The notes beneath the pieces are model-generated. The model saw nothing but the letters and a program-made list of their open reading frames with translations, was not told the origin of the DNA and did no database searches. Below are positions 10,982 through 21,334 of a DNA stretch of 61,629 nucleotides, one piece after another. Each line of letters starts with the position of its first letter. Position 1 is the first letter of the stretch. Source of the stretch: Geodia barretti (Eukaryota); assembly GCA_030341885.1 (NCBI GenBank), contig CASHTH010001844.1, forward strand, positions 1 through 61,629. Reading direction: 5' to 3'. The position numbers were made by a program, and so were the translations under genes.

Positions 10982-11801
10982 GACCATAGAGCCACAGGCC
11001 AAGCGAGACGACTACCTAAACCTAGCAAAGGAGGCGGAAGCAGCCAAAGACTATTCCGCTGCTCTGAACTACCTCAAACTAGCCGATCGTGGAAAGGTCA
11101 CCGCGTCTTCCGTCACTCTCCCTCTTCTCTCTCGCTGTCTGAGAGGGCTATGTCGCGACCCCGCCCACGACTGGAAGAAGCTTTCTCGTGAGACCACGCC
11201 CGAGGATAGAGAGGGGCTGAGAAAGATGAGAATGGTGGCGGAGGAAATCGAGGACGTGTGTTCGGAGGTCTCGAGTCTAACCAAAAGTATGTCTTCCCGA
11301 TCCACTGAGCTTGGCTTTCTCAAGATTGGTCGTGGACCCAATGAAGTTTCTTTTCTTCGGATGAAGATAAATATCGAATGTCTACGCTACCGCCACGAAC
11401 TCAGCCCAGACGACGAGAAACTGAGGCAACGGGTGGACGCTCTGCAAAAGTCGGCGCTGAGGTATGCACAGGGTCACCTCCCCAATCACCCCGCGAGGCT
11501 AGAAATTATCCTCGATCGGTGCCGATTTCTGAGAGAGACGGAACCGCAGGAAGCGCTTCGACTGGCAAAGACGACGTTCGACGAGGCAGTCTCGAGTCTC
11601 GATTCGCTCGCGGAGGACTCGTACAGAGAGACGACTCTGGCCCTGCAGGAGTTGAGGGACCACGTGACGGTGTGGGGGGAGGAGGAGAGGGAGAAGGAGA
11701 GGGTGAGGGAGGAGGCCAGGAGGAGAGAGGAAGAGAAGGCGAGGGAAAGGGAAAGGAAGGAGGAAGAAAAGAGACAAAGACAAGCGGAAACGAAACGGTA
11801 A
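10982..11801 (+). CDS. terminal exon encoding a divergent 14-3-3-like domain (in frame with the VWA5A-like gene)
   Basis: ttcgccag| acceptor. Its single leading base completes the split Thr codon left by the upstream phase-2 donor, and the exon runs as a continuous ORF to TAA at 11799-11801. The product RDDYLNLAKEAEAAKDYSAAL...VSFLRMKINIECLRYRHEL...HPARLEIILDRCRFLRETEPQEALRLAKTTFDEAVSSLDSLAEDSYRETTLALQELRDHVTVW aligns helix by helix to 14-3-3: [86 protein letters not shown]. It ends in a K/E/R-rich tail. Confidence 0.65.
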
Positions 11802-11995
11802 AATCAAGATAATTTTAAGACAACAAACATATGAGGCTTAAGTGGACATCAGCGGAGGCTTGTGCTATAGTTTTTTGAAGACGTTACCTGTAAGTTATGA
11901 GGGTAACAAGGCTTTTAATGTCGGATTGGCTGCCTAGTTAATCGTCTGAATTTTCAGTGTTTTATTTGTCAGTGGATAATAATAATTCTGGTGTT

Positions 11996-12135
11996 ATGTG
12001 TGACATTCAGAGCTGAGGTGCCACGCCCACCACCGCCTCCCCCGGTATCCCAATTAGAACCCGTCGTCCTGGGAGACGAGGACTTATATGTGAAGAAAGC
12101 TCTCGTAATTGACACGGGAATGGCCACCGTCAAGG
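11996..12135 (+). CDS. actin-N-terminus-like gene exon 1 (Pro-rich extension plus actin residues ~1-18)
   Basis: ATG at 11996. Translates MWTFRAEVPRPPPPPPVSQLEPVVLGDEDLYVKKALVIDTGMATVK, where actin has DDDIAALVVDNGSGMCK. Donor AAG|gtttgt. Confidence 0.55.
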
Positions 12136-12397
12136 TTTGTATGTACTAACAACCTCATTCATTAGACCGTGGCCATTGCCTCTGGCTCTCAGGTTATACT
12201 GCCCATTTTAAGTGGCTGCAGAAGACGCACGGTGGAAAACTTCCCCAAAATGAGGACACATCTCTTATACCTTTAAAGGACACCTTTTCTTTCCCCAAGA
12301 ACAGTTCTCGCATGCAATTTAACCCCTTAAGCAAGGAGCCTCTAATATTCCCTTATTCGTAAGGGTCACTGTACTATTGATGGTGCAACTCTTGCAG

Positions 12398-12466
12398 GCT
12401 GGATATGCAGGAGATGATGTTCCAAGAGCAGTGTTTGCCAGTCTTGTTGGAAGACCTCGCCACCAG
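12398..12466 (+). CDS. actin-N-terminus-like gene exon 2
   Basis: cttgcag| acceptor and CAG|gtacat donor. Translates [23 protein letters not shown], which is almost identical to actin [23 protein letters not shown]. Confidence 0.7.
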
Positions 12467-12589
12467 GTACATACATACGTATACCTCTCTCTCTGTTCCT
12501 AGCGTGTGAATGAGTTTTAGCGTGGCCTATACTTTTAGCAGGGAAAAGACTGGCCAAGCAATACCTAGACTATAGCTTTTCGTACTTTT

Positions 12590-13150
12590 AGCAAGCAAGT
12601 GGGGTGAAGGACAGGCCAACAAACCATTCTGAATATCTTGACTTTAGCTGGAGTGTGCTGTGGAAATAGGGTGGCCTAAACTGTTCGTACTTTTAGCAAG
12701 CAAGTGGGGTGAAGGACAGGCCAACAAACAATTCTGAATACCTTGACTATAGCTGGAGTGTGCTGTGGAAATAGGGTGGCCTAACCTTTCGTTAGCAAGT
12801 GGGGTGAAGGACACCCAAGAAACCATTCTGAATACCTTGACTATAGCTGGAGTGTGCTGTGGAAATAGGGTGGCCTAACCTTTCGTACTTCTAGCAAGTG
12901 GGGTGAAGGACACCCAAGAAACCATTCTGAATACCTTGACTATAGCTGGAGTGTGCTGTGGAAATAGGGTGGCCTAAACTGTTCGTACTTTTAGCAAGCC
13001 AGTGGGGTGAAGGACAGCCCAACAAACCATTCTGAATACCTTGTCTATAGCTGGAGTGTGCTGTGGAAGTAATATGGTGGCCTAAACCTTTTGTACTCTT
13101 AGCAAACAAGTGGGGTGAAGGACACCCAAGAAACCATTCTGAATACCTTG
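12590..13150. repeat. ~115-bp tandem repeat x5 (intronic)
   Basis: The unit caagtggggtgaaggacaggccaacaaaccattctgaataccttgactatagctggagtgtgctgtggaaatagggtggcctaaactgttcgtacttttagcaag repeats with variants. Confidence 0.9.
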
Positions 13151-13213
13151 ACTATAGCTGGAGTGTGCTGTGCTAATAATTCTCCTTCTCCTTCCCCTTC
13201 CTCCCTCCACCAG

Positions 13214-13556
13214 GGAGTGATGGTAGGCATGGGTCAGAAGGACAGCTACGTGGGAGATGAAGCACAGAGCAAACGAGGCATCCTCACAATGTCCAGTCCA
13301 TTCCAGAGAACGTCTCGGGCTCGGGCTCCGACTGGGGGTCCGCCTCGAGCTCGGGCTTGGGATGGGGGTCTGAGGCGGTCTCGGGCTCTGGCTACAGGGG
13401 CTCTGAGTGGTCTTCCGAGTCGGGTTCCGAGTTTTTCTGCGTCTGAGAGCGCTCCGCAAGTGTCGGCAAAAGAAGGGTTTCGTCATGAACTTGAGATGCA
13501 GGAAGAAATCTCGAGGCCTATGAGAGAGCTGGAAAAGGCCAAAGAAAAGTTGACAG
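13214..13556 (+). CDS. actin-N-terminus-like gene exon 3: actin homology ends after ~26 aa, then unrelated Ser/Arg/Pro-rich and coiled-coil sequence
   Basis: ccaccag| acceptor. Translates [25 protein letters not shown], which is actin residues ~55-79. It then continues [14 protein letters not shown]...[25 protein letters not shown] to donor CAG|gtgaca. The 3' extent is uncertain. Confidence 0.45.
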
Positions 13557-14148
13557 GTGACATGCAGTACTATGTGCTTTGCCAACAGATCTCAAGTCTG
13601 TGTGTCAGTAATGTATTATTACCAGTCAGGCTTAATGTGCACACACCAGTAACACCATGCATGCTTGCGAAAGTTTTTATCTATAAACAAGTGTAATGTT
13701 ATAAGGACGCTTGCTTTGGCCAAATTGTAGTACATACGTACGTAAGTAATGTCTTCTCTTCCCCCAGCTAGGTCAGATTACTACCTTAGGCATGTGGTAA
13801 GGGATTTTATTCCAAAAATATAAGATGCCTTGTGATAAAATCCGTGGGAGCAAACTTCCAAAATTTGGGTAAATGACCAAAATCTTGTGTTTATACATAC
13901 AGTATATACCAGCATACTGCAGTGTGTTGATGCAGTATTATTTCTACATACAGCGATAAGGAAATCAAGGTCACAACGAGAGGCCAAAGCAGATGCCGAT
14001 GTGGAGAAAGATGGAAAATTCGTTGGTATGACGTACTATATAATTACATTACGCTACATTATGTACGCATTAGAGAGTAATAATATTTTGCTATCTTGGG
14101 GCAGTGTTAAGTGAAGTTCAGTGCTAAATATGTTGCAAGGCTAGCAAC

Positions 14149-16270
14149 ATGATGCATGCGGCAGGCCACGCAAGCCATTTCTATCCTCCCTCTACATGGT
14201 GGTGCATGATGCATGCGGCAGGCCACGCAAGCCATTTCTATCCTCCCTCTACATGGTGGTGGGACATGGTGCGGTGCGGCAGGCCACGCAAGCCATTTCT
14301 ATCCTCCCTCTACATTGTGGTGTGGCACGGTGCATGCGGCAGGCCACGCAAGCCATTTCTATCCTCCCTCTACATGGTGGTGCATGGTGCATGCGGCAGG
14401 CCACGCAAGCCATTTCTATCCTTCCTCTACATGGTGGTGTGGCACGGTGCATGCGGCAGGCCACGCAAGCCATTTCTATCCTCCCTCTACATGGTGGTGC
14501 ATGATGCATGCGGCAGGGCACGCAAGCCATTTCTATCCTCCCTCTACATGGTGGTGCATGATGCATGCGGCAGGCCACGCAAGCCATTTCTCTCCTCCCT
14601 CTACATGGTGGTGCACGGTGCATGCGGCAGGCCACGCAAGCCATTTCTATCCTCCCTCTACATGGTGGTGCATGGTGCATGCGGCAGGCCACGCAAGCCA
14701 TTTCTATCCTCCCTCTACATGGTGGTGCACGGTGCATGCGGCAGGCCACGCAAGCCATTTCTCTCCTCCCTCTACATGGTGGTGCACGGTGCATGCGGCA
14801 GGCCACGCAAGCCATTTCTATCCTCCCTCTACATGGTGGTGCATGGTGCATGCGGCAGGCCACGCAAGCCATTTCTATCCTCCCTCTACATGGTGGTGTG
14901 GCACGGTGCATGCGGCAGGCCACGCAAGCCATTTCTATCCTCCCTCTACATGGTGGTGCATGATGCATGCGGCAGGCCACGCAAGCCATTTCTATCCTCC
15001 CTCTACATGGTGGTGCATGATGCATGCGGCAGGCCACGCAAGCCATTTCTATCCTCCCTCTACATGGTGTTGTGGCACGGTGCATGCAGGCAGCAGCCAT
15101 TTATCTCCCTCTACAGGTGGTGGCCGTGCATGGGCAGCACGCAAGCCATTTCTATCCTCCCTCTACATGGTGGTGTGGCACGGTGCATGCGGCAGGCCAC
15201 GCAAGCCATTTCTATCCTCCCTCTACATGGTGGTGCATGATGCATGCGGCAGGCCACGCAAGCCATTTCTCTCCTCCCTCTACATGGTGGTGCATGGTGC
15301 ATGCGGCAGGCCACGCAAGCCATTTCTATCCTCCCTCTACATGGTGGTGCACGGTGCATGCGGCAGGCCACGCAAGCCATTTCTATCCTCCCTCTACATG
15401 GTGGTGCACGGTGCATGCGGCAGGCCACGCAAGCCATTTCTATCCTCCCTCTACATGGTGGTGCACGGTGCATGCGGCAGGCCACGCAAGCCATTTCTAT
15501 CCTCCCTCTACATGGTGGTGCACGGTGCATGCGGCAGGCCACGCAAGCCATTTCTATCCTCCCTCTACATGGTGGTGTGGCACGGTACATGCGGCAGGCC
15601 ACGCAAGCCATTTCTATCCTCCCTCTACATGGTGGTGTGGCACGGTGCATGCGGCAGGCCACGCAAGCCATTTCTATCCTCCCTCTACATGGTGGTGCAT
15701 GATGCATGCGGCAGGCCACGCAAGCCATTTCTATCCTCCCTCTACATGGTGGTGTGGCATGGTGCATGCGGCAGGCCACGCAAGCCATTTCTATCCTCCC
15801 TCTACATGGTGGTGCATGGTGCATGCGGCAGGCCACGCAAGCCATTTCTATCCTCCCTCTTCATGGTGGTGCATGGTGCATGCGGCAGGCCACGCAAGCC
15901 ATTTCTATCCTCCCTCTACATGGTGGTGCATGGTGCATGCGGCAGGCCACGCAAGCCATTTCTATCCTCCCTCTACATGGTGGTGTGGCATGGTGCATGC
16001 GGCAGGCCACGCAAGCCATTTCTATCCTCCCTCTACATGGTGGTGCATGGTGCATGCGGCAGGCCACGCAAGCCATTTCTATCCTCCCTCTACATGGTGG
16101 TGCATGGTGCATGCGGCAGGCCACGCAAGCCATTTCTATCCTCCCTCTACATGGTGGTGCATGGTGCATGCGGCAGGCCACGCAAGGATGCAAGCCATTT
16201 CTATCCTCCCTCGGCATGGTGGTGCATGGTGCAGTGCGGCACGGTGCACATTAGTGCAATATGTTGAACC
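14149..16270. repeat. 2.1-kb minisatellite, 57-bp unit with 63-bp variants, ~35 copies
   Basis: The unit catgcggcaggccacgcaagccatttctatcctccctctacatggtggtgcatg(g/a)tg repeats. The unit length is a multiple of 3, so every frame on both strands stays open. This creates the 684-, 420-, 363- and 283-aa ORFs in the track. Confidence 0.95.
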
Positions 16271-16404
16271 CAGCTTTCAACACTGATCATATGGCATGAC
16301 TTGTCATTTTACATGTTTCTTTCAAATCCCAAACTTGATTATTTGTATCTCAACAGAATCGCGACAGAGTCGCACCCCCCGAATATATGATTTTAGCTGT
16401 GCTA

Positions 16405-17762
16405 TGGGGAAACCTTCTCCACTGCCTCCCACCAAAGCTGTTCCACCAAGTGCGCCCACCCGACTATCCTCAGAGCTCCGTTCTATTGAAAAACCTCTTC
16501 CACCTCCTCCCCCTGAAGAAGAAGAAGAAGAGTTGTATGACTTAGCGCTCCCTTCTTCCCCTACACCAGCCAGAAACGAGGGGTATCTACTCTCATCCTT
16601 GTCTGATGTGACGGCTACAGCAGAACCTGCAACCAACAGTGGGTATATACGGTCTAAAGTGAGGGCTATACGGTTGCATGGTCGACCACGTGGCGTAGTG
16701 AGAGCAGCTGGGAAAGTTCACTCCCGATCTGGTATACCTACCGATGTGCCGGTCGGAGCCAGTCTCAACCTCTCTACAATAGAAATTGATGCGAAGAGCC
16801 TAACTTCTCCAGAGGTGGATAAATTAGTAGCAGAGGACGATCTTTTCGGAGACACCGAAATGTATTCTGCAATCTCAGCATCAGACGCTGCTGCCCCATT
16901 GCCACCTCCGGGAAGGAGGGCATTCCGTTCTCCAGTTCGAGGTCCTCCACCTGGACCCAGTGTCGTTTCTATGAGTCTCAGGATGCCATCTCTGACAAGG
17001 AGGAGATCCCCTCAAGTTCGATGTCCTCCACCTGGACCCAGTGTCGATTCTATGAGTTTCAGGATGCCACCTACTGCAGCAGCTGGTGGTCCCCCACCCC
17101 CACCCCCTGATCTCATTTGTTATGATGCCCCACGCCCACTTTATTCCGCTGCATTTGGTTATGGTGGCATACCCCCACCCCCTCCAACACGTGGTGGTCC
17201 CCCACCCCCACCCCCTCCAACATTCGGTGGACCCCCACCCCCTAGAGCACCGATGCCTGCGTCTGCACCTCCACCCCCTCCACTGCCCGGTGGTGCACCG
17301 CCCCAACCCCCTGAGGCACCAAAAATTGCACCTGGTGGTCCCCCACCCCCGGCCCCACCTCGTCAGTTGTTTCGAGGCATCATGCGTGCACGAGGCAAAT
17401 GTTCTTCTCTCAAGAAAATAGAAACTTCCGATGATGAAGAGCCCCGACTATCAAGCATGCCTTTCGTTAGGGGGCCAAGGCGACAGCCTGTCAGCGACAA
17501 GACTACAGGACGCTCTTCTTTTCTCGCCAAGGCGTTGAAGGAAAAAGTTGCTGCAGCCCCCTCTCCCCCTCTCCCTCCTCCTCCTCCTTCTTCCTCTGCT
17601 ACATTGGCAAGCAAGAAGTTTGCTCCTCCTGTTGCTCCACGTTGTTTTGGTACCAGAAACTTGCCAGAACCTCAGCCAGCACCGGGAGGAGGAGGTGGAG
17701 GAAGGGGCGGTTTGCTGTCCTCTATCAAGTCTGGAGTGAAACTGCAGGCAAGCAAGTGGTAG
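16405..17762 (+). CDS. proline-rich WH2-domain protein (WASP/WAVE-family-like nucleation-promoting factor), main exon
   Basis: Open frame from MGKPSPLPP... with several poly-Pro tracts (GGPPPPPPPTFGGPPPP, APPPPPLPGGAPPQPP) that look like profilin/SH3-binding FH1-type motifs. It ends GGGGGRGGLLSSIKSGVKLQASKW* = WH2 motif (LLxxIxxGxxL[KQ]). A GC-AG splice after ...VKLQ (~17747) would join the downstream connector and acidic exons in frame. Confidence 0.55.
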
Positions 17763-18028
17763 TGTAAACTCCTTTAAAGGAAATGAGTCAGTACATAAGG
17801 GATAGATTTTAAACTGTTACTAAACATAGAACTGAACAAGAATGCAATTGAGATTCCATTTTCAGTAATTTTTACCTTACATACTAGCTACCACATTCCC
17901 TTTAAACATGTACAATGAGTTACACACCCTCTCCTATATTATGTTTACGGAATATTGTGCTTAAAAATTGGATGATGGAGGAAAGTGTTTAAAATCTTCA
18001 TGTCATTTTTCCTTGGCTCCCCAAACAG

Positions 18029-18107
18029 AAAGCATTGGCTGCACCGAAACCATCACCACCACCAGCTGAAGATATTTCTGACGTCCTTCTTTCCCGGAGA
18101 TCAGCAG
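18029..18107 (+). CDS. candidate connector (C-region) exon of the WH2 gene
   Basis: caaacag| acceptor and G|gtttgc donor. Translates KALAAPKPSPPPAEDISDVLLSRRSA, matching the WAVE C-region NDVATILSRRIAV. Confidence 0.4.
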
Positions 18108-18469
18108 GTTTGCATTTCATGTCCTTCCCTCTTTCATAGTGTCACTTTCTCACTGTATGTTGGCCGTTTACCACTGTTAGTGTTCACGTATTAATTGACA
18201 AGCAGTGCGAGCCTACATATTATACCTATTGCTTGAATTGCACAACTTATATACTATGTGGACAAGGCACTGTTCATACCGTAATGCCTTACTCTAATTA
18301 CACGTAAAAACTGCTGAAATTTCGAACTCGCGTTTGCTCACCAATTATACTAACTTTAGGGAAGCGAACGGAAGTAAGACTGATAGAGTGCGACCTGTTA
18401 ACTGCTCCGTGAGATGTTCACGTTGTCAGTGGAGATATTGGGTGCACATAATTCAGCCGACTATAGAGT

Positions 18470-18670
18470 GTGTCTCGCTTCACTAGTCAATTACTAGTTT
18501 CGTGTCTCGCTTCACTAGTCAATTACTAGTTTAGTGTCTCGCTTCACTAGTCAATTACTAGTTTAGTGTCTCGCTTCACTCGTCAATTACTAGTTTCGTG
18601 TCTCGCTTCACTCGTCAATTACTAGTTTAGTGTCTCGCTTCACTAGTCAATTACTAGTTTAGTGTCTGGC
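18470..18670. repeat. 32-bp tandem repeat x6
   Basis: gtgtctcgcttcactagtcaattactagttt(a/c) repeated. Confidence 0.9.
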
Positions 18671-18689
18671 AACCAACATGTATGTACAT

Positions 18690-18800
18690 ACATGTGTAAA
18701 CTACGAGGTAGAAAGGCAGAGGCACAACAAACAAATCAACTACACCCAGGACAGCTCTTTTTTATAAGAGCTGTCCTAGGTGGGATTCGAATCCACGACA
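18690..18800 (-). mobile_element. 5'-truncated copy of a tRNA-derived SINE (T-arm, hairpin and conserved tail)
   Basis: ggacagctcttttttataagagctgtcc hairpin, then gggattcgaatccac T-arm-like box, then tail acaaatcaactacacccagg. The same tail is shared with the 59960-60125 and 36590-36680 copies. Confidence 0.6.
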
Positions 18801-18839
18801 AGCAAAATGTCATGTATGTACATGTGTCCATTATCTCAG

Positions 18840-18943
18840 CATTGATGACGGTGGTTTCAGCCGAGGATGGTGATTGGTCAGATGATGACAGCATTGGAGG
18901 AGGCAGTGGACCAATATATGCAGAGTGTACGTTTCTAATGTAA
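18840..18943 (+). CDS. candidate acidic (A-region) terminal exon of the WH2 gene
   Basis: tctcag| acceptor in the phase left by the previous exon. Translates (A)LMTVVSAEDGDWSDDDSIGGGSGPIYAECTFLM*. The acidic stretch with a conserved Trp is as in the VCA A-region (DEDDEWED / EVDWLE). Confidence 0.4.
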
Positions 18944-19389
18944 ATAGACATGTACTAGTAGCGTTTATGTGTCACTTCACTACAACGAAAATGTGCCATT
19001 TTCTCGAAGTGCATAAATAAAGATGACTCACACAACTGTGATCACCCGAATAATGCATCACTGTGAATTCGGGGCGAAATTTTTATAAGTGTGTAAGATT
19101 CCATTTTCAGTTCAGTCTTTTTTTAAACACAATTGGATAATCTTTATCGTTGTGTAGTCTAAGTTATACTCACACATAATAATTTTATTGTATGCATTCG
19201 TAACTAGCAATATCCGTATTGCTGAGCGACGCAAGCGCATATTCCTACTTGTTTCAATCCGGGATTTTTCTGCGTATATGTGAGAGGCATTGTCACTACA
19301 CGTACGTAGAGTAGTGTTTTGCTTGATTCCAAATACACACGTGCAGGAAGTTGAAAATTATAGTTCGCTGGCGAAAAATGTGTTGCTAT

Positions 19390-19615
19390 GTTCCCTTCTG
19401 TGTCACAGTCTCTTCGGCAAGGTCACTAATGGATGAAATGGGAGTGGTGGCAGAGACGAGGTCCATAACTGCATCACTGGAGGGAGTGAGTGAAGTAGAA
19501 ATGGTGATGGTGAATCTGCATGATAGTGAGGAAAATGAGAACGAATTGGCGAATGGATTTGAGGAGGCAGAGGCGGAGGAGGAGGAGGAGGAGGAGGGAG
19601 ATACTTGGTTCTCAG
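19390..19615 (+). CDS. R-SNARE-motif gene, upstream acidic exon (5' extent uncertain)
   Basis: Open frame ...VAETRSITASLEGVSEVEMVMVNLHDSEENENELANGFEEAEAEEEEEEEGDTWFSG, then donor G|gtgagt. Its phase matches the next exon. Confidence 0.35.
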
Positions 19616-19748
19616 GTGAGTATACATATAAGTTAGATGCAGAGTCCAGGATAAAAACGCATTAGAGAGCCGCGGGGGCCCTGACTTGATAATCACCCTT
19701 CTTTTTCTTACTGTTTTCTTCTCTTCTTCTCCCTCCCCTTTTTCTCAG

Positions 19749-20038
19749 CACCTTCATCAAATGGGAACCGTCTGCAGAATCTACAACAAGAAGTTGAACA
19801 GGCCAAGTCAACCCTCCAGGACAACATCTACAAAGTCGTAACTCGCGGAGAAAAACTAGATGATCTTGAAGAGAAAGCAGAAGCACTTCAGGTGCAGGCC
19901 TTTGCGTTTCAGAAGGCAGTGCGGAAGATTCGTCCAGATGATATTATCGCAGAAGAGGCCATGTCGAGTGACGACGAGTACCTTGGATCTAAGTTTTCGG
20001 AGGAAGATCAGTTGGCTATCTTGCCCCCATCACTGGAC
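19749..20038 (+). CDS. R-SNARE (synaptobrevin-like) coiled-coil exon
   Basis: tctcag| acceptor. Translates (A)PSSNGNRLQNLQQEVEQAKSTLQDNIYKVVTRGEKLDDLEEKAEALQVQAFAFQKAVRKIRPDD..., matching the brevin SNARE motif [48 protein letters not shown]. No TM segment follows. Donor GAC|gtgagt. Confidence 0.5.
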
Positions 20039-20404
20039 GTGAGTGTGTTTATCAGTGTAAATGGGCACCTGTAGAATGTTAAACTGGTGCTAATGGGACA
20101 TTCTATAAAAGAAACTTTGTGGTCCCACTTCATTCAGGCACTTCCCACTACATTGGTAATCATTTGCGGTCTATTTGGCAGTTTAGTTGGTGGTACTTTA
20201 AGGGGGTTCCTGTCCACATTTTTATTTATGCAAAAAAAAGTTGTCAGGTATATATACCCCTTAGCCTGTGAATGTCGGTAAATGCAAAGTTTTAGTGCCC
20301 AGCAGTTACATGCTACGTATGTGGGATTACCTCCAAAAATAAGTTTACCGACATTTTATTCTGCCAGTTTGAGACTAATGTACCAGTTCTGGTATTTTAC
20401 ACAG

Positions 20405-20579
20405 GAGGGGAGGAGGAGGAAGGAAGAGAGGTACCCGGAAGTGAGGGTCACCCAGCTGGAGGGCCTGTTCCAGAACCAACATGACACGGGGTACTGGGAA
20501 CTGGACTGTCTCGACCTGCTGCAGCTGGACTCTGAGAGGGTCAGGAACCTTCTGGAACAGTCCGGATACAAATCTCTCG
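20405..20579 (+). CDS. R-SNARE gene exon
   Basis: tacacag| acceptor and G|gtaagg donor. Translates EGRRRKEERYPEVRVTQLEGLFQNQHDTGYWELDCLDLLQLDSERVRNLLEQSGYKSL. Phases are consistent. Confidence 0.45.
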
Positions 20580-20809
20580 GTAAGGCACACGCGCCTTATA
20601 CTTTGTTTGGAGCCATGGTTTTTTTCACGGCTAGTTTTGGTTGAGTGTGCCACTCTTGCCAACTGAGTTCATATGCAAAGTTGTTTTTGCAAAGTTTGTT
20701 TTTTAGCAATTCTTTAACATGTTGTTGTGATCCTCTTTGTTTAGTATTTCTCTTTTATTGTATAGTTTTTTCTACAGTGGTAATACAAGAACCTCTCTCC
20801 CCTTCCCAG

Positions 20810-20915
20810 GTCAGTCAGTGTGCACAGACCTGCTGAGGCTTATTGCCACACTAGTCATTCTCAAAATCCTCAGTAAAGTACTGGAACACTTGTTCCCACT
20901 CTCATTCTCTCCAAG
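20810..20915 (+). CDS. R-SNARE gene exon
   Basis: ttcccag| acceptor and AG|gtaagt donor. Translates GQSVCTDLLRLIATLVILKILSKVLEHLFPLSFSP. Confidence 0.4.
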
Positions 20916-21334
20916 GTAAGTTACACATCTGGTATCTGTTAAAGGAACAGCAAGTTGGTAGCAACGCTTCTTGAGAATAATTCTTGTATAATATTAATTC
21001 TTAGCATGTTATGTAATGCTTATTCTGCGAAACCAACAAGAATTGAATTTAACTGACCAACTAATGCTCCTTGTACTTCACACGCACTATAGGAACCATT
21101 TTGATGAAGTTGGTCAACCTATTGTCCCAAATGCACGATATCTCCTCCCTGTATCTGACATGTGATGCTGCTCAATGCACACCCACAGACATTGGTATTA
21201 TTGACTTGCTTGCATTCACAGGTCAAACCATTCATTACATTCTAATAATGCTTAAGCATTTTCACATCACAGCCATCCCATTTTTTATACTATCCTACCT
21301 TATTCATTTCCCCCTCTACTGTGCCCTCTTACAG

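Noticed and set aside
14149-16286. Very long ORFs (684, 420, 363, 283, 244 aa...) on both strands with repetitive peptide units (HAAGHASHFYPPSTWWC / GRPRKPFLSSLYMVV / MACVACRMH...)
   Set aside because: All are translations of one 57/63-bp minisatellite in different frames. The unit length is a multiple of three, so no stop codon ever arises. There are no start or splice signals and no protein-like composition. Treated as a repeat, not CDS.
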